Shown: positions 1 through 12,989, numbered from the stretch's first letter. The stretch is 64,000 nt of DNA from Octopus sinensis (GCF_006345805.1 NC_043007.1:44950001-45014000), one strand, 5' to 3'. Notes: a model not told the origin generated them from the letters alone. Numbers and translations are program-made.

Positions 1-98
1 AGTCTTTTATGTTTCGAGCCGACGCTCTTCTACAGAAAGTGACACAGAAAAACCAAGGAGAGAGAAAATGTGTGTAGTGGCTAACGACCTATCATGGC
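1..98 (-). repeat. Terminal fragment of an interspersed repeat, possibly Penelope-like terminal repeat
   Basis: Minus strand reads ctgtagaa-GAGC-gtcg-GCTC-gaaac (small hairpin followed by GAAAC) and abuts a (TA)n tract. Truncated by the window edge; family assignment is inference. Confidence 0.3.
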
Positions 99-102
99 AT
101 AT

Positions 103-188
<86 letters not shown>
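99..188. repeat. (TA)n microsatellite
   Basis: Near-pure TA dinucleotide run. Confidence 0.97.
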
Positions 189-189
<1 letters not shown>

Positions 190-226
190 GCAATTACGCA
201 GATAAACGGATTAGATATATTAAATA

Positions 227-1078
227 CTAGCAGAGATACTCGGTGTTGGTCGGGATTTAAATGGCATAGTTTCTATATATGGTACAGTTCAGTTGAAACG
301 TGATACGGGGAAGTGCACCATTGACGACAAAATATTTGTGGAGTAAATGAAGGGCTAATGCGACAAAGTGACGTGTCATGCGGCTGTTTGAAAGATTGCA
401 GACCCTAACCTTGTCATGGAAAAGTGGATGGGAGTATGTAATTTTCGAACACAACAAAAAGCTCTCGGTGGATATACTTTGCGGCTGCCGGCGCTGCCGC
501 TGCCGCTACCATGATGAATAATCAACAGACATGGGAACTACATCTATGTGATAAATTAAGCCCGTGGGCGCGCTCAACAACACTACAGAAGAGAAATATA
601 CATGAAAGAAATTACATGATAAGGTGGGGATTGGCAAGGAAGCGCTTGAAAACAATATTGTCAAGCGATATTTCGGCTTGGAATCAATAGTCGTGGCTCA
701 ACCGTGCATTCCGCGTAAATAGCGTGTGACCAATGTGAGGACAACTCAGTTCCCACACGAAAACAATTCTGCATGCAGCATCGGGGTACACAATGTTACA
801 TTAAGGACACGGTCTCTAACAAACGTGGTTGGGTCACGTGACTTTGGGTTCTGACGTGTTTGGGAATCAATAGTCGTGGGTCAACCGTGCACTCCTTCGG
901 GTAAGCAGCGTGCGACCATTGTGAGGACAACTCAGCTCCCAAACGAAAACAATTCTGCCGCAGCGTCCGGGCACGCAAGGTCAAATTAAAGACAGTTTCT
1001 AACTAACGTGGTTGGGTCTTAGGCAGCATAAATTAGTAGGTTAATGTACATGCGATATTTCGATTTGTAATCAATAGC
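227..1078 (-). mobile_element. Non-autonomous Helitron, 3' end plus internal ~183-bp tandem repeat
   Basis: Minus strand ends cccgaccaacaccgag-tatctctg-CTAG|T (3' hairpin remnant + CTAG, T target) at 227, matching the 3' end of the Helitron at 16930-16959. Internal repeats start ggaatcaatagtcgtgg at 680 and 863, partial third copy at 1052-1078. 5' end not identified. Confidence 0.55.
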
Positions 1079-1553
1079 TGAAGAATATTTGTATGGGCTT
1101 CGTCTATGCTTAGAAGGAAGACTTTCATACTGAAGCTAAAAGAAAATAATTGAATAGTTGCTTAGGATTTAACATATTTTAACATATTTTTCATAATAAA
1201 CATAGTGCGTACCAAACAGTTTTTATTCCAACAAATTGATACACATGGTACCACAGCAACAAACTATTATTGCTACCACTTAGACAACGCAGTTTGAAGT
1301 TTACATCGGTTCATCCATTTAATACAACTTACTTATATCGTTTCAGTAACTGTTTTTTTCCAGTTTGAACAGAAGCAATGCGTGGACCATGCGGGCATCG
1401 TATGTACCCTAGGAAAGTGGGGTTTTCAGCCCTCAGGGGCCCCATTACTCATTATGTGAAAAATTTGAAGAATCTAAAACCATCTCTAGAACATAAGTAA
1501 TGTATGTTCTCAGTTTGGAGAACATCAGTTGCGAACTTCAGAAGTTCTGCAAG

Positions 1554-1557
<4 letters not shown>

Positions 1558-1607
<50 letters not shown>

Positions 1608-1638
1608 TACATACACACACACACTCACAGATACTCAG

Positions 1639-1688
<50 letters not shown>
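1558..1688. repeat. Compound (CA)n/(TA)n microsatellite
   Basis: Direct reading; source of the HTHT/IYIY ORFs. Confidence 0.95.
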
Positions 1689-1694
<6 letters not shown>

Positions 1695-1724
1695 GTATGG
1701 GCATGAAATACAAAATATGTATAT

Positions 1725-2035
1725 ATGTAGAGATGCAAAACGAGAGAAAGCAAAAAGTGGAGACTTTCAGATGTCGAATATTTAAGTATAAATAAATAGA
1801 TATTTATATTAATAGATCTAACTTACACATAGTACAAACGACAGAGAAAATGAAACGGGTGGAAGAAAGGCGTTATAAGTCTAACAGCTGTTTCTGAGGG
1901 CTCGGAGTTCCATCATAATGTTGGCAGATGTAGTTAATCACAATATGCGGCTGCAATGGAAACAATCACCATTAGATAAGATGAGCCTTCGTCATCAGGG
2001 TAGATTCGATCTTACATTGCAGTTTCAGTTCTTAA
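1725..2035. repeat. Interspersed repeat, homolog of 28550-28830 (unclassified, possibly Penelope-like 3' end)
   Basis: Aligns by eye along its length with 28550-28830 (gagagaaag..aaaa-gtggagactttca, gatatttatattaatag, cagctgtttct, aatgttgg-agat). Confidence 0.6.
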
Positions 2036-2775
2036 TACATTTTGTGTTTTTAAGTTTCGTGCCACAGAACATATTCCTGTAATTCATGAGGCAAATCAGT
2101 GAAATCTACATCAATTATTCAATTATATTATTGTTGATTTTATGATTTACTATCCCATTTAAAAACCCCTGGCCACACAAAACTCGGTTAAAGTGTGTTA
2201 AGAAGCACAACTCATTCTTCATGAAAAGTTTGAGGTCAATCATTTATTTTTGGGTGACTAAAATAAAGAATGGATAAACTGTCAGAAAATTAGCGATCTT
2301 TGTATTTGAATATTTGTAATAGAGAGAATTTATGTAAAGTTCTATCCAATATAATTAACAAGTGCTGCAAATAATTATAACTGGTCACAGATGCCCAGAA
2401 TATTTGATTTCCATTGTAAATCCTTGTTTGCATAATCAAGCTTAATGAGCAATATATTTCACTTGGATTTTCTGCGTTCGGATGATGACTGTTTTGAAGA
2501 TATTACGTAAGATGATATGTGAGGACAGATTCTAACCATAAACACATTAGTCGTAATAAATAGCTAACTATGTCAAGTAACGAATAGTCAGAATTTATTC
2601 ACAAGAAATTAAACTACAATCCACTACACATACACACACGCACACACATACACACACACGAGCGTACACTCACATATATAGTAGCAAATCTACAGTAAAT
2701 TACATACGTACACATTACCCAAACCTGTGAGATGGAGATTTAGTTTATCGAAGAAGTGAATCGTCACAAGCAATG

Positions 2776-3095
2776 TTTCTTTCTTCTTCTATAGTTTCAG
2801 CTCAGAGCTGCGGCCATGCTGATGCACCGCCGTTTTGCTACTACACTGTTATTACTGTTATTACTGAGAGCCTCCTCCAATATGTGGAACTTGGTGAAGA
2901 ATGGAGTTTGATGTAGCTACCCTCATTTGCTCCTCTTGCTGTGAGGTAGGTTCATCTGGGACTTTCGACAGGAAGAGGTCCAGCTTTGATTTAAAAACGC
3001 CTATATCTACTTTGTGCAGGTTCCTCAGGCTATTTGGGAGAATATTAAAAAGCTGTGGGCCCCTGAAACCCGGGCTGTTGCAGTAACTGGTCCTG
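2776..3095 (-). mobile_element. 3' end of a CR1/L2-group LINE (ORF2 C-terminus, 3' UTR, stem-loop tail)
   Basis: Minus strand translates GPQLFNILPNSLRNLHKVDIGVFKSKLDLFLSKVPDEPTSQQEEQMRVATSNSILHQ, typical of the post-RT C-terminus of CR1/L2/Jockey-group ORF2. Followed by a short UTR and tail ggcggtgcatcagcatggccgcagctctgagctgaaac. Confidence 0.7.
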
Positions 3096-3096
3096 T

Positions 3097-3141
<45 letters not shown>

Positions 3142-3420
3142 TATATATATATATATATATGTATATATTGTGTAAATCATCTTGAAAAAACAGGAAAATT
3201 TGTCATCAATCAGCCATGGCAAGTTCTTGACAAACTTTACCGCTTTCTAACGGCATCTCTGCGTTCAAACATAGATTATTATCTTATTTGTATCTTACAA
3301 TACACATTTCAACACTTATAAAAAAAAATGTTTGTTTATATTTATATACACGTAGTTATATATATATATATGTGTGTGTGTGTTACATACATACATACAT
3401 AAATACATGTATGCATAACT

Positions 3421-3461
<41 letters not shown>

Positions 3462-3969
3462 CAGAGAGAGACAGAGAGGGCGTGAGTGAGGTTTTTCTTG
3501 TTTTATCGTTCTGTTGTCCGAGTGAATAACAGAGTGTGGAATCGTTCTTTATATCCGTGATTCTTGGTTTGATTTCTTATGTCATTAATTTTTATTGCCT
3601 AATATCGCAAAAGTGTGTGCAGCAGACACACACACTCGAACATTTATGCATGTGTGTGTGTGTGTGTGTGTATGTGTGTGTGTGTGTGTACGACTTTGAG
3701 AGAGACATTTGTGTACACGCTGAACATAAGAAATAGTAAAAACTGACCGTTCGGTGAAACTTAAAATAAAATCACAAACGATAAGGAATGATTCCAAACA
3801 GAATTAACCCAGACCAGAAAGCAATAACGAAATAAAGGGAGAGAGAGAGAGAGAGAGAGGAAAGAGAATAAGTGAGCAAAAGATAGAAATGGAAAATGAA
3901 AGAGAGAGAGAGAAAAGGAAAAAATGGAGAGAAAGAGAGAAATAACGGGAAAGAGAAAGAGAACGAGAC

Positions 3970-4016
<47 letters not shown>

Positions 4017-4659
4017 GAGAGAGAGTGGGAGAGAGAGAGAGAGGGAGTGGGAGAGAGAGTTTGATGTTTAATCTGTATATACCCATTCGTTCCATTAAAC
4101 TTCTTTATTGTATTTCTGTTCTTTCTTTTTAGAATGAAAACCTGTTAATTTCATCATTCTTTTGTGAACCTAAGCGATGAAACTGCTTTTTAATTATAAC
4201 TATGAAGTTGTTTGTAATAATGATAAGTATTATTATGGTAAATATCATTATGATGGCGAAGAAATATACAATGTTGAGAAACAGTCCTGAAACGTCTGAA
4301 CATTGTTAGGAGTTAAACATATCCTTTTTTGTTTGTAGTATATATATTTTAATCTTTAACTAGTTTTTGTCATTGGATTGCCGTCATACTAGGTAATTAT
4401 GGCCTTTAAGCGGGTATCTTAATCGATTTTATTGATCATAGTACTTATTTTAAATCTGGTGCTGGTCTTATAGATATCTATCAAATAACTAGGATACAGG
4501 GTTTTTTAAAGGGTAAAATTCGACATACTGGTAAACATTAATGCTACGGACACAGACACGCACAGACAAACAATAAGAAATATCGAACAACCACACACAC
4601 AAATATGTGTGTTAGTGTGTATGTGCGCACGCGCATAGCACATGCAGAGCAGAGCAAAA

Positions 4660-5430
4660 TACGTGACTCACTCGTCTTTCTTTCCTGGTCATTAGCCAAC
4701 CTCAAATTTTCCACCGTCTCTCTTTCTCTTCTTTCTTGATACTGATCAACCATCCACTGTGTAATACCCCGTTTCCCTTTTACTAGAGATAGGCAAGACG
4801 GTGGTTTTTCAGTATACGACCGCATTCTTCCCGTATCACGTTACATAACCAAATTACTTCCGTCTTTAACAATTAACCAAACCATTTCCGCTTTTAACAA
4901 TTAACTGAAGAGTTTGTTTTAGTTTGCCGCAATTTCTTCACTTTTTCTTTCCTAACACTCTTTAGTTCGATCTTCCCCTTCTCCCTATGGAATACGACCC
5001 ATCATACTATTAAACTTCAAAGGTCATAATCTTTGATCTCTTTCTCACTCTCAACATTCAACATCCATGCTTTGCTCCCATAAAGTGCAATTGAAATTAT
5101 TATTGCTCATAAAAAATTAGTTCTCCTTGTTATTGTAATCTTTTTTATTTTACCTGACTGGTATAATTTTACTAAAGCCCCTGCAACTGGGTCTATTCCG
5201 CCATTTTATGTCTTTGACCTCACATCTTCTGATATTGTTCTGAAATATCTTAAATCCATGGCTAATTTGAGGCTCTTCATTACCCTTTCTCATAGATTGG
5301 CTTGTCTCTATTTGTTGGTTCTTTTTTTTTTCAGATCAACATTATACTGATTCTTTTCGTAGTTAGCCATGACGTTTTCTTACATTGCTAAATTTTCCCT
5401 ATCTTGTTCTTTTAAATTTATCATAGCAAA
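4660..5430 (-). mobile_element. Decayed RTE-like LINE fragment
   Basis: Minus-strand remnants IALYGSKAWMLNVESEKEI (LLYGSETW-like), RK*FGYVT (LKWFGHV-like) and VKGKRG (GKRxRGRP-like); many stops. Confidence 0.55.
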
Positions 5431-6335
5431 ATGGATATCACTGGGATCTATATCACCTATTTTAGTATTCCTTCCAAATGTTTGACCTCAGGTTAACCCT
5501 GATATTGGAAACCTGTGACATCTTGATGTCTCTAGTCAGTCTAGTCAGTCATGAACAGAATCTAGTCATGAACAAAGTCTGCCTCTAGTGATGAACAATA
5601 TATTTGAGGCTTCACAAAGTGACATGCCTCGTCCTGTCAAAAATCTAGTCATTACGAAGTGATGAAGATGGTTAATTACACCTCAAAGCGATATCTCTAG
5701 ATATGAACCAACCTTCAAAGTCCTTATACTTGCTAGAAATCAATCTCTGATCACTTGTTGACAAAGTGACATTATAAATACTGGACAGTTAAGTCAGAAC
5801 CAGAAAATATTTCAGATTCGATCAATTTGCTAACTATTTACATGACAAATTACGGTCTACATTGCAGTACCAGTCATATGTAAGGGATGATGTTTCATAC
5901 ACAATGGTTTTTCGACCAAGTGTGTCTATAGACTTCAACCACCGGTCCACAAATGTGCTGTTTCTTCAATAGCTATAACACCACTGACCTGTAAACTTCC
6001 TCTCTCTGTTTCTTCTTCCGCTATTACATCACGAATCCAAAGATAAACTGTTTCCCGTCTCTAATTCTTCTACCACTGCTACACTATTATCTCACAGAGA
6101 TATTATCTTCTGTCTACCCCCTTTTCTAGTGCTACACCACTACCTCATAGATGTGCTGTCTGTCTGTGTCATGCTGCTATTACAATGTAATGTGTCTCTT
6201 CGAAACAGTTAAATACATCCCCATCTACCCAGGTATACTGTTATAGCCCTCTCTTCTCATACCTCCTCCTTTTTTTATTTTCTGTCTTACTTCCCATACA
6301 CATATACACACGCACACATACACACACACACGCAC

Positions 6336-6374
<39 letters not shown>

Positions 6375-7922
6375 TACACACACACACAAACATATGGTGG
6401 CCTAGCTATTAGACAAGATAAATCCTTGCTTCTTTGCATCTATTTTCGTGTGGAGATTGAAGAGAAAAGCAATTGAACACCCATCAAGGAAGATTAAATT
6501 ATGAAATCAAGAATTCTCCTGAATTAACATGAGATTAAGTATAAAAAAACAAACAAACAAACAATCCCTTTTATTTCTGGAGTTAAGAAGACGGCTCTAA
6601 GTATTTGCTTCTGGCTAGAAACATAAGACATAAAATAAAAATTACGAATAGCTTATATAATTATTGTAGCATTAACGTATTTAAATATTATATAGTCACA
6701 AAATTATATCACTAACATATTTATTCATTCTTTCTGGGAGATTCGAACGTGAACATGCTGATTGCTGTTGTATTTCGTCATAGGAGATCATCTCTTTTTA
6801 GCTTTTGTGTGTTCATAACACATACGATTCATTGATGAGGTGTTTCGACCTTATTGTGTGTCTCTTCAGTCAAAGCTATATCAGGACAATGAATCTAAAC
6901 ACGAGTTGTGGACCTTGTTTCTAGAAATAAGCAAACAAATTATCTGCTGATGCTTGCGATGTTTACTAAAGAGATAGTAATTGATATGATGCGCGCAGAA
7001 CAACGAGAATCCGAACGACAACGTATCCTATTCATTCTTAATACGTTCTTGCAGATTCGAACGTAAACATACTGATTGTGAATAGCTCGGTAACTGCCAA
7101 ATCGCTAATGATTCATTGCGTGCACCTAATAAATTATATAATTACTGATGTTTTCATATAGATTTATATTTATACACAGACATACACCCGTACGTATACA
7201 CTCACAACACACGCCCACACATATACACTCGCACACACGCATACAGCTGTATAACACACACGACATAAAATAAGAACAAAAAAATTATTCATATTTACTT
7301 TTAAATTTGATATAAAAGAATATAATCTTGCTAAAGTGTATTCAGAAAGTCTCGTCCGAATAAAAAAAAAAAGTGCAGCTAATCGGTATTAATTAATTTA
7401 TAACATTAATTTGGTTAAATTTAATTAATTGATATCTAAATTTGAGTGCTGCTCACATGCATGGGACGATTTTACTGCTGGCTTACATGCCATAGACCAC
7501 TTACAAAAGATAATGAATATTATATTAAATATTGAATTTTTTTCTGATCAATAAATATTTTGCTAAAATTCAAACGAATCTGTGTTTGTTTCTTTTTTAT
7601 TTAATATTTTGTTTGCATTTTAATTTGAAAAATATATCTTAGATTTACCTAATTCATAATCTCAGTAGATTCAATGAAGGGTCTCTATGTAATCGTTCAA
7701 CCTACCAGAAATAGCAACCAAACATCGTTCAAATCATGCCCTACTGTCTTAAGTAGGGTATATACAAGATCTACGTGTATATAGATATTTTAAATGTTAT
7801 ATACACACCGTTATTTTAACCTACATTCAGCTTTCGCACAAATCAGTGAAAGCTTTGTTTATTGCTTTCTATATCGGAACGAGAATTTCGAGATTGCACA
7901 GGCAGTCCGAAAGTGTATGCCA

Positions 7923-7960
7923 CTGAGGAGACCAAATCAAGTCGAAACACAAGTCTCTGA
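7923..7960 (+). ncRNA. Type I hammerhead-ribozyme-like core, stem I not paired
   Basis: CTGAGGA (7923-7929), stem II GAC/GTC with 8-nt loop (7930-7943), GAAAC (7944-7948), ACAA loop, GTC cleavage triplet (7953-7955). Flanks do not form stem I. Confidence 0.4.
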
Positions 7961-8624
7961 CGATCCGCTGAAAATATTCTCAGCGAGTTATATGTTTTTA
8001 ACACACTAAGCAGCTTAAGAGAATTTTTTGTAAACGAAATGTTACAGCTAATGCCGTTCTACATTTTTATATACATTATAATTGCTCACATTGTTAATGT
8101 ATAGAAATCGGTTCTTTCTCTAATAGCAAGAAATCTTGAAATAAAACTGAGAGGCGAAGTGACGTGCATATCATCCCAAGGAGGATTAGTGAATTCTATT
8201 AATCAGAAGACCAAATTATAAATCTGATGTAGTTCATTGAGAAGATAGTGCATGGCTGCTTGACACGAAAGACGCATGTCATAAAGAGAATAAGCTATAT
8301 TAAAAGTTGGCATGGAGTACCGACAAGTTTATGACATCCCATTTTGAAGGCTACCTCCATGCAATTCAAGAACAAGAGATCCCTACAAAGTTCTAGAGCA
8401 TAAACGGTAGGAAACATTGATTTGATAAATATAGGTTGTGCAAAACTAAAATCGAAGACTGCTCACTGCCAGAGACTGTCATCTATATATTTTCTTCCCA
8501 ATAGACATGAGATTCGATAACCAGAATAGTCTAGTACTGACTAAGAAAAAGGAAATTTTCAACAAAGTTGACTATTTTGAGACCGATGGGTCCAAACAAA
8601 TATTGGTAGAATTTAAAAGAGTCA

Positions 8625-8625
<1 letters not shown>

Positions 8626-8718
<93 letters not shown>

Positions 8719-8730
8719 ACACACACACAA
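8626..8730. repeat. (CA)n microsatellite
   Basis: Direct reading. Confidence 0.97.
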
Positions 8731-8764
8731 ACACACAGACATACACAATTAGTGGTAAAAAATT

Positions 8765-9770
8765 GCAATTAGAAACATTTAACACCATGTTTGTAAGAAA
8801 GGATTGAGTGCAAAAGCAGAGGTAAAAGAAATTAACGATGCGGAAGATTCTGGAACTGTGAACGAACGTTTAACACAAAACTAGTGCAGACATTTCAAGG
8901 AAGGTGACTCCAATCTCGAAGATAAACCAAATTCAAGGAGACTTTCTGCTGTGGAAGATGAGGCCTTGATTAAAATTTTGAGCAATAGCCAAGCACAAGC
9001 ACTTGTAAATTGTCGGCAGATCTTAGTCTATCATAAAGTACCATCGATCGTCACTTGACCTTCATAAGCTAGGACTTGTGAATATACGCTGTCGAGAAGT
9101 TCCTCATGAACTAACAAATGACTAGGATCAACGACGTGTGAACATTTGCAAACGACTGCTGGTAAATCCTCGAGATGCTCATTTTTGGTGCCTAATTGTA
9201 ACTAGGGATGAAAAATAGACCTATTTTCGCAATCCTAGTTAGAGAAATCAGTGGCTTCGTTCCTACCAGGCTTCAAAACCTGTAGTTAAACAAGTGGGGT
9301 TTGAAAAGAAGTTGATGTTGTGTGCTTCGTAGAATTTCGATGGGGTGTTGCACTTTGAACTCGTCCCAGTGATGGTCATTCTGTGAATGCTAACCTTCAT
9401 GCGCAACAACTGCAGCGGGTATATGATACTTTGAAAGATCGCTACGTAGCATTTGTCATTCGAAGACGCACATGGCAATGCCCTAGAACGCACTGCCGAT
9501 GTGACCAGGCACAAACTTTAGGAACTCTTGGGACTGAAGTGCTGCCTCACTTTGTCTACAGTCCAGACCTTGCATCTTCAGATTACCAGGTTTTCCGAGT
9601 CGTAGTTCATATCCTGTATAGAAGGAGACTCAACAATGTGGATAAGGTTGAAAACGGCCTTTTTGCCTGTAAACCAGCTAAATAGTTGAAGCGTGTAATT
9701 GAGCTTCTGGCACAACGACGGCAACAGACAGCAGAATATGATGGGTCATATTTTGATGAATAAACGCTTT
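8765..9770 (+). mobile_element. Decayed mariner (DD34D-type) transposon
   Basis: Remnant motifs across frames: KGLSAKAEVKEINDAEDSGTVNER..HFKEGDSNLEDKP (HTH), IVTRDEK* (IVTGDEKW), LPHFVYSPDLASSDYQVFR (YSPDLAPSDY). Multiple stops and frameshifts. Confidence 0.85.
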
Positions 9771-10142
9771 TCGTATGTAATTTGTTTTAACTTTTATTTA
9801 AAGCTTGAATAGGAAAATCTGTAAAACTCTCCGGAAGTTTATCATTTAGGTATATACGAGCATGTCTAGATATGCAACAATGTGCATGAGAATACATACA
9901 TAAAACAAAACACACAAATCTGCACATATGAATACATACATACAAACAAGCAAAAATGCCCTGTTGTTGATGTTGAAATTCCAATGATGGAGCCTTGGAT
10001 CTAGGTTAGAAACCGGCTGTTTCGCCATTAACAAAAAAATCTTGAAAAATAACTGAATAATGACATACATACATACACATACATACATACATACATACAT
10101 ACATACATACATAATACATACATACATACATACATACATACA

Positions 10143-10176
<34 letters not shown>

Positions 10177-10453
10177 ATCATTATTAATCCAGCTTACATA
10201 TATCAGAGATAATCAACTTTGTTGAGTACTTCATCAAATATCACTTAAGTACTACCGTCTTAGATCTCAATGTTTGAGTACTTATGAAATTATGAGCAAC
10301 ATGGTTCGACAAGATTCTGTAATTGTACAAATATAAACAAAACAATTTATTCTATATTCATTACATTGGATATTTCCCAATTATACCTGCGAAACAGGAT
10401 TAATCAGTATACCTACATAGGCGCTTGGTGCATAGAAGCACACACATAGCTCA

Positions 10454-10645
10454 TAGCAGACGAGAATCGTTTGTCATGGGTACCGAAACTCTCATGTCAA
10501 GTGATTTCAATCGACTGAAGATCTTCAGTGGGAAGCGTCCGGTCACCGTTGCTTTTCAGTTACTGGTGTTGCAAACAGCCAAGCAGGCTCATTGAAACTT
10601 AATATTCGAATTCCGGCGCCCATGAGAGTCGATTCTCGTCTGCTA
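10454..10645. mobile_element. MITE, ~190 bp
   Basis: Perfect 16-bp TIR tagcagacgagaatcg (10454) / cgattctcgtctgcta (ends 10645), extending imperfectly to ~35 bp; internal palindrome ctgaagatcttcag; no ORF. Confidence 0.7.
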
Positions 10646-10809
10646 CGATATATGTATGTGCTTTTATACACTAGGCGCCTATACGAGAGGATCTCTCAAT
10701 GCTAATAACGCACTATTCGGAGTTCTAACAAGACGTGTATGTTACGTTGGATATAAAGATGACATTTTGGTTTTAATGCCGCTTCCGTCGCTAATGATTA
10801 ATACATATA

Positions 10810-11030
10810 CGAGGGGCGGGGGCTGAAAAGTTGCTGGTTTTGAGTAAAAGAAAAATACAGGAGGATCAGTTAATTATGATTTTAATCAACATATTCCACT
10901 CTAAGATTCACACACTTATTGCAGCAGTCCTTCAGTTTTTCTAAGCCCTGTAAAAGAACTCTGAAGTTTGGGACTCTAACCAGACCTTTTGCGATACCCT
11001 TAAAGCCAGGAAATTTTCAATACCCCCTCA
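10810..11030 (-). mobile_element. Mariner-derived MITE
   Basis: ta|cgagggg..ctgaaaagtt left end and aaattttcaataccccctca right end are mariner-type TIRs, similar to those of 22842-24136; interior resembles a decayed transposase C-terminus on the minus strand. Confidence 0.7.
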
Positions 11031-11245
11031 TTTCTATGTATCTATGTACACATAAACACGCGCGCGCGCACACACACACACACAATTGATATCAGTGAGG
11101 TTAATTATTTAGAGACGCCTTATGCGTTAAAATCTGTAGCTTGTTTTAATATATTTAATATAGTTATTATGAGAAATCTAATTAGATATACACTTTTAAG
11201 TAAAAAGCTCATTAATTTAGTAATTAATGCAGTATTCATTTGGAC

Positions 11246-11497
11246 CAGTGGTTCTCAGTCGAGGTCCATATAACCCTTGGGGTCCGTATGATATTTTGTT
11301 GTTAAAATTTATCTGCAATAAATTGCTAATATTGCTGTAAAACAAAATATTTCAACAGTTTAATTATTATAATTTCTAATATTTAATTATAAGAATATAA
11401 TAGCATTTTTAAAAAAACATTGAATGACTATGAGCGTTCATCGGAGTAAAATAGGAAACACAGGGGTCCATAGATACAGAATGGTTGGAAAAGACTA
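11246..11497. mobile_element. Possible hAT-type MITE
   Basis: Left end cagtggttctca is a typical hAT TIR; internal ggggtcc repeats; right TIR degenerate (ggttggaaaagact). Confidence 0.35.
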
Positions 11498-12219
11498 AGT
11501 TAATTAGACGATTGTAGATGTTTCAGCTCTATTAGATCTCTGTGAGGTCAACTTAGTTGTCGCCATCTATACTGGTGTCACCGTTGCCAGAACAGCCAAC
11601 AACCACAGAACCACCCCCTCGCTGCTACCGTTCTTACTATCCTCCGATAATTCTTCTACTCTACATCTGAATAAATTCTTCCATTGTTATCGTAGAGGTT
11701 TTGTCTCACAATACAAAGTTGAAGTTGGCATTGTTGTTGTTGTTGTTGCTGTTTCTTTTACTCACCTTACTCACCCCCACCAGCTGCACTCCATTGCTGC
11801 TGCCATCGTCAGCATCCTCATCAGCATCCTGTTAGTTTCGTTGTCAGTTGTCAAACCAGATCACTATAAAGCACACCAACACAGATAGAAACACACACGA
11901 GTGCCAGATACTACATACATACATACATGCATACATACATGCATACATACACACACACATAATACATACATACATACATACATGCATGCATACATACATG
12001 CATACATACATACAAACATACATACGTACGTTCGTACGCACGCACACACACATACATTCATATATATATTTGTGTGTGAGTGTGAGTATGCACATGTTTG
12101 AGTTTTTTTTTTTGTAATAAAATTAAACATTCATCTGCTTCAGTGATTCTATATTAACAAGATTTTCAATTTCATGACATTAAATTCGAGAATATTGTTT
12201 TGAATTTAGGAAGAACAGT

Positions 12220-12240
12220 CATCATCATCATTATCATCAT

Positions 12241-12272
<32 letters not shown>

Positions 12273-12314
12273 GCAGCACCACCACCACCATCGTCGTCGT
12301 CAATGTTGTCATCA

Positions 12315-12372
<58 letters not shown>

Positions 12373-12390
12373 TATTATTATTATTATTAC
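12220..12390. repeat. Compound trinucleotide microsatellite (CAT/CAG/CAC/CGT/AAT/ATT)
   Basis: Direct reading. Confidence 0.95.
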
Positions 12391-12989
12391 AGAAATTGTC
12401 ATCGAATAAATGTTTTTTATTCTTTAAGATCAAGGAAACAAACATCTTTCTTTTGTATGAATGTAAGGAATAAAGTTTCGTTTATTTCTTCCAATCTCAT
12501 ATTTTTTACAAATGATTTTTATATTTATTTATTCCTCTATTCTCTTCATTAAATACGGCAATATTATTATTCCGAATTTAACCGAATGGAACTTTATTAT
12601 TAATATTGTCACAATATAAACGCTGTTGATTCCTTAGAATCAATAAAATAAAATGTAGATTCTTTTGTTCCTCTTTCTCACTGTCACCCTAATCTCTATT
12701 TATCCCCGTGTTTCTATCTTCGCTTCTCCTCTGCTTATCTTAACCATTTATTTCATTCACTTCAGAAAGTGTTATCGAAATGAGATTTCAAGTGAAAAAA
12801 ATTAATAAATAAAATAATCCAATAAGTATATTTCGAATAAATTCATTCTCTTCTCGCATTTTTAGCATCTATAATTCTTTTTCTTGCTAAGTTTGAAGAA
12901 AGAGGCCAGAACCCATGATGCCATGACCTTTCTTAGGCCGTCTGAGACCAGTGAGCTTGATGCCGTTAATGCTCCGTTGTAAACTGTAG

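Noticed and set aside
1-45. Hammerhead-like ctgtagaa-GAGC-gtcg-GCTC-gaaac on the minus strand
   Set aside because: Core is CUGUAGAA rather than CUGANGA, and no stem III or NUH triplet follows GAAAC.
1877-2000. CUGAUGA ... long stem II ... GAAAC-AGCU-GU on the minus strand
   Set aside because: Extra unpaired bases flank stem II, stem I does not pair, and the homolog at 28700-28830 does not keep the core. At most a decayed motif.
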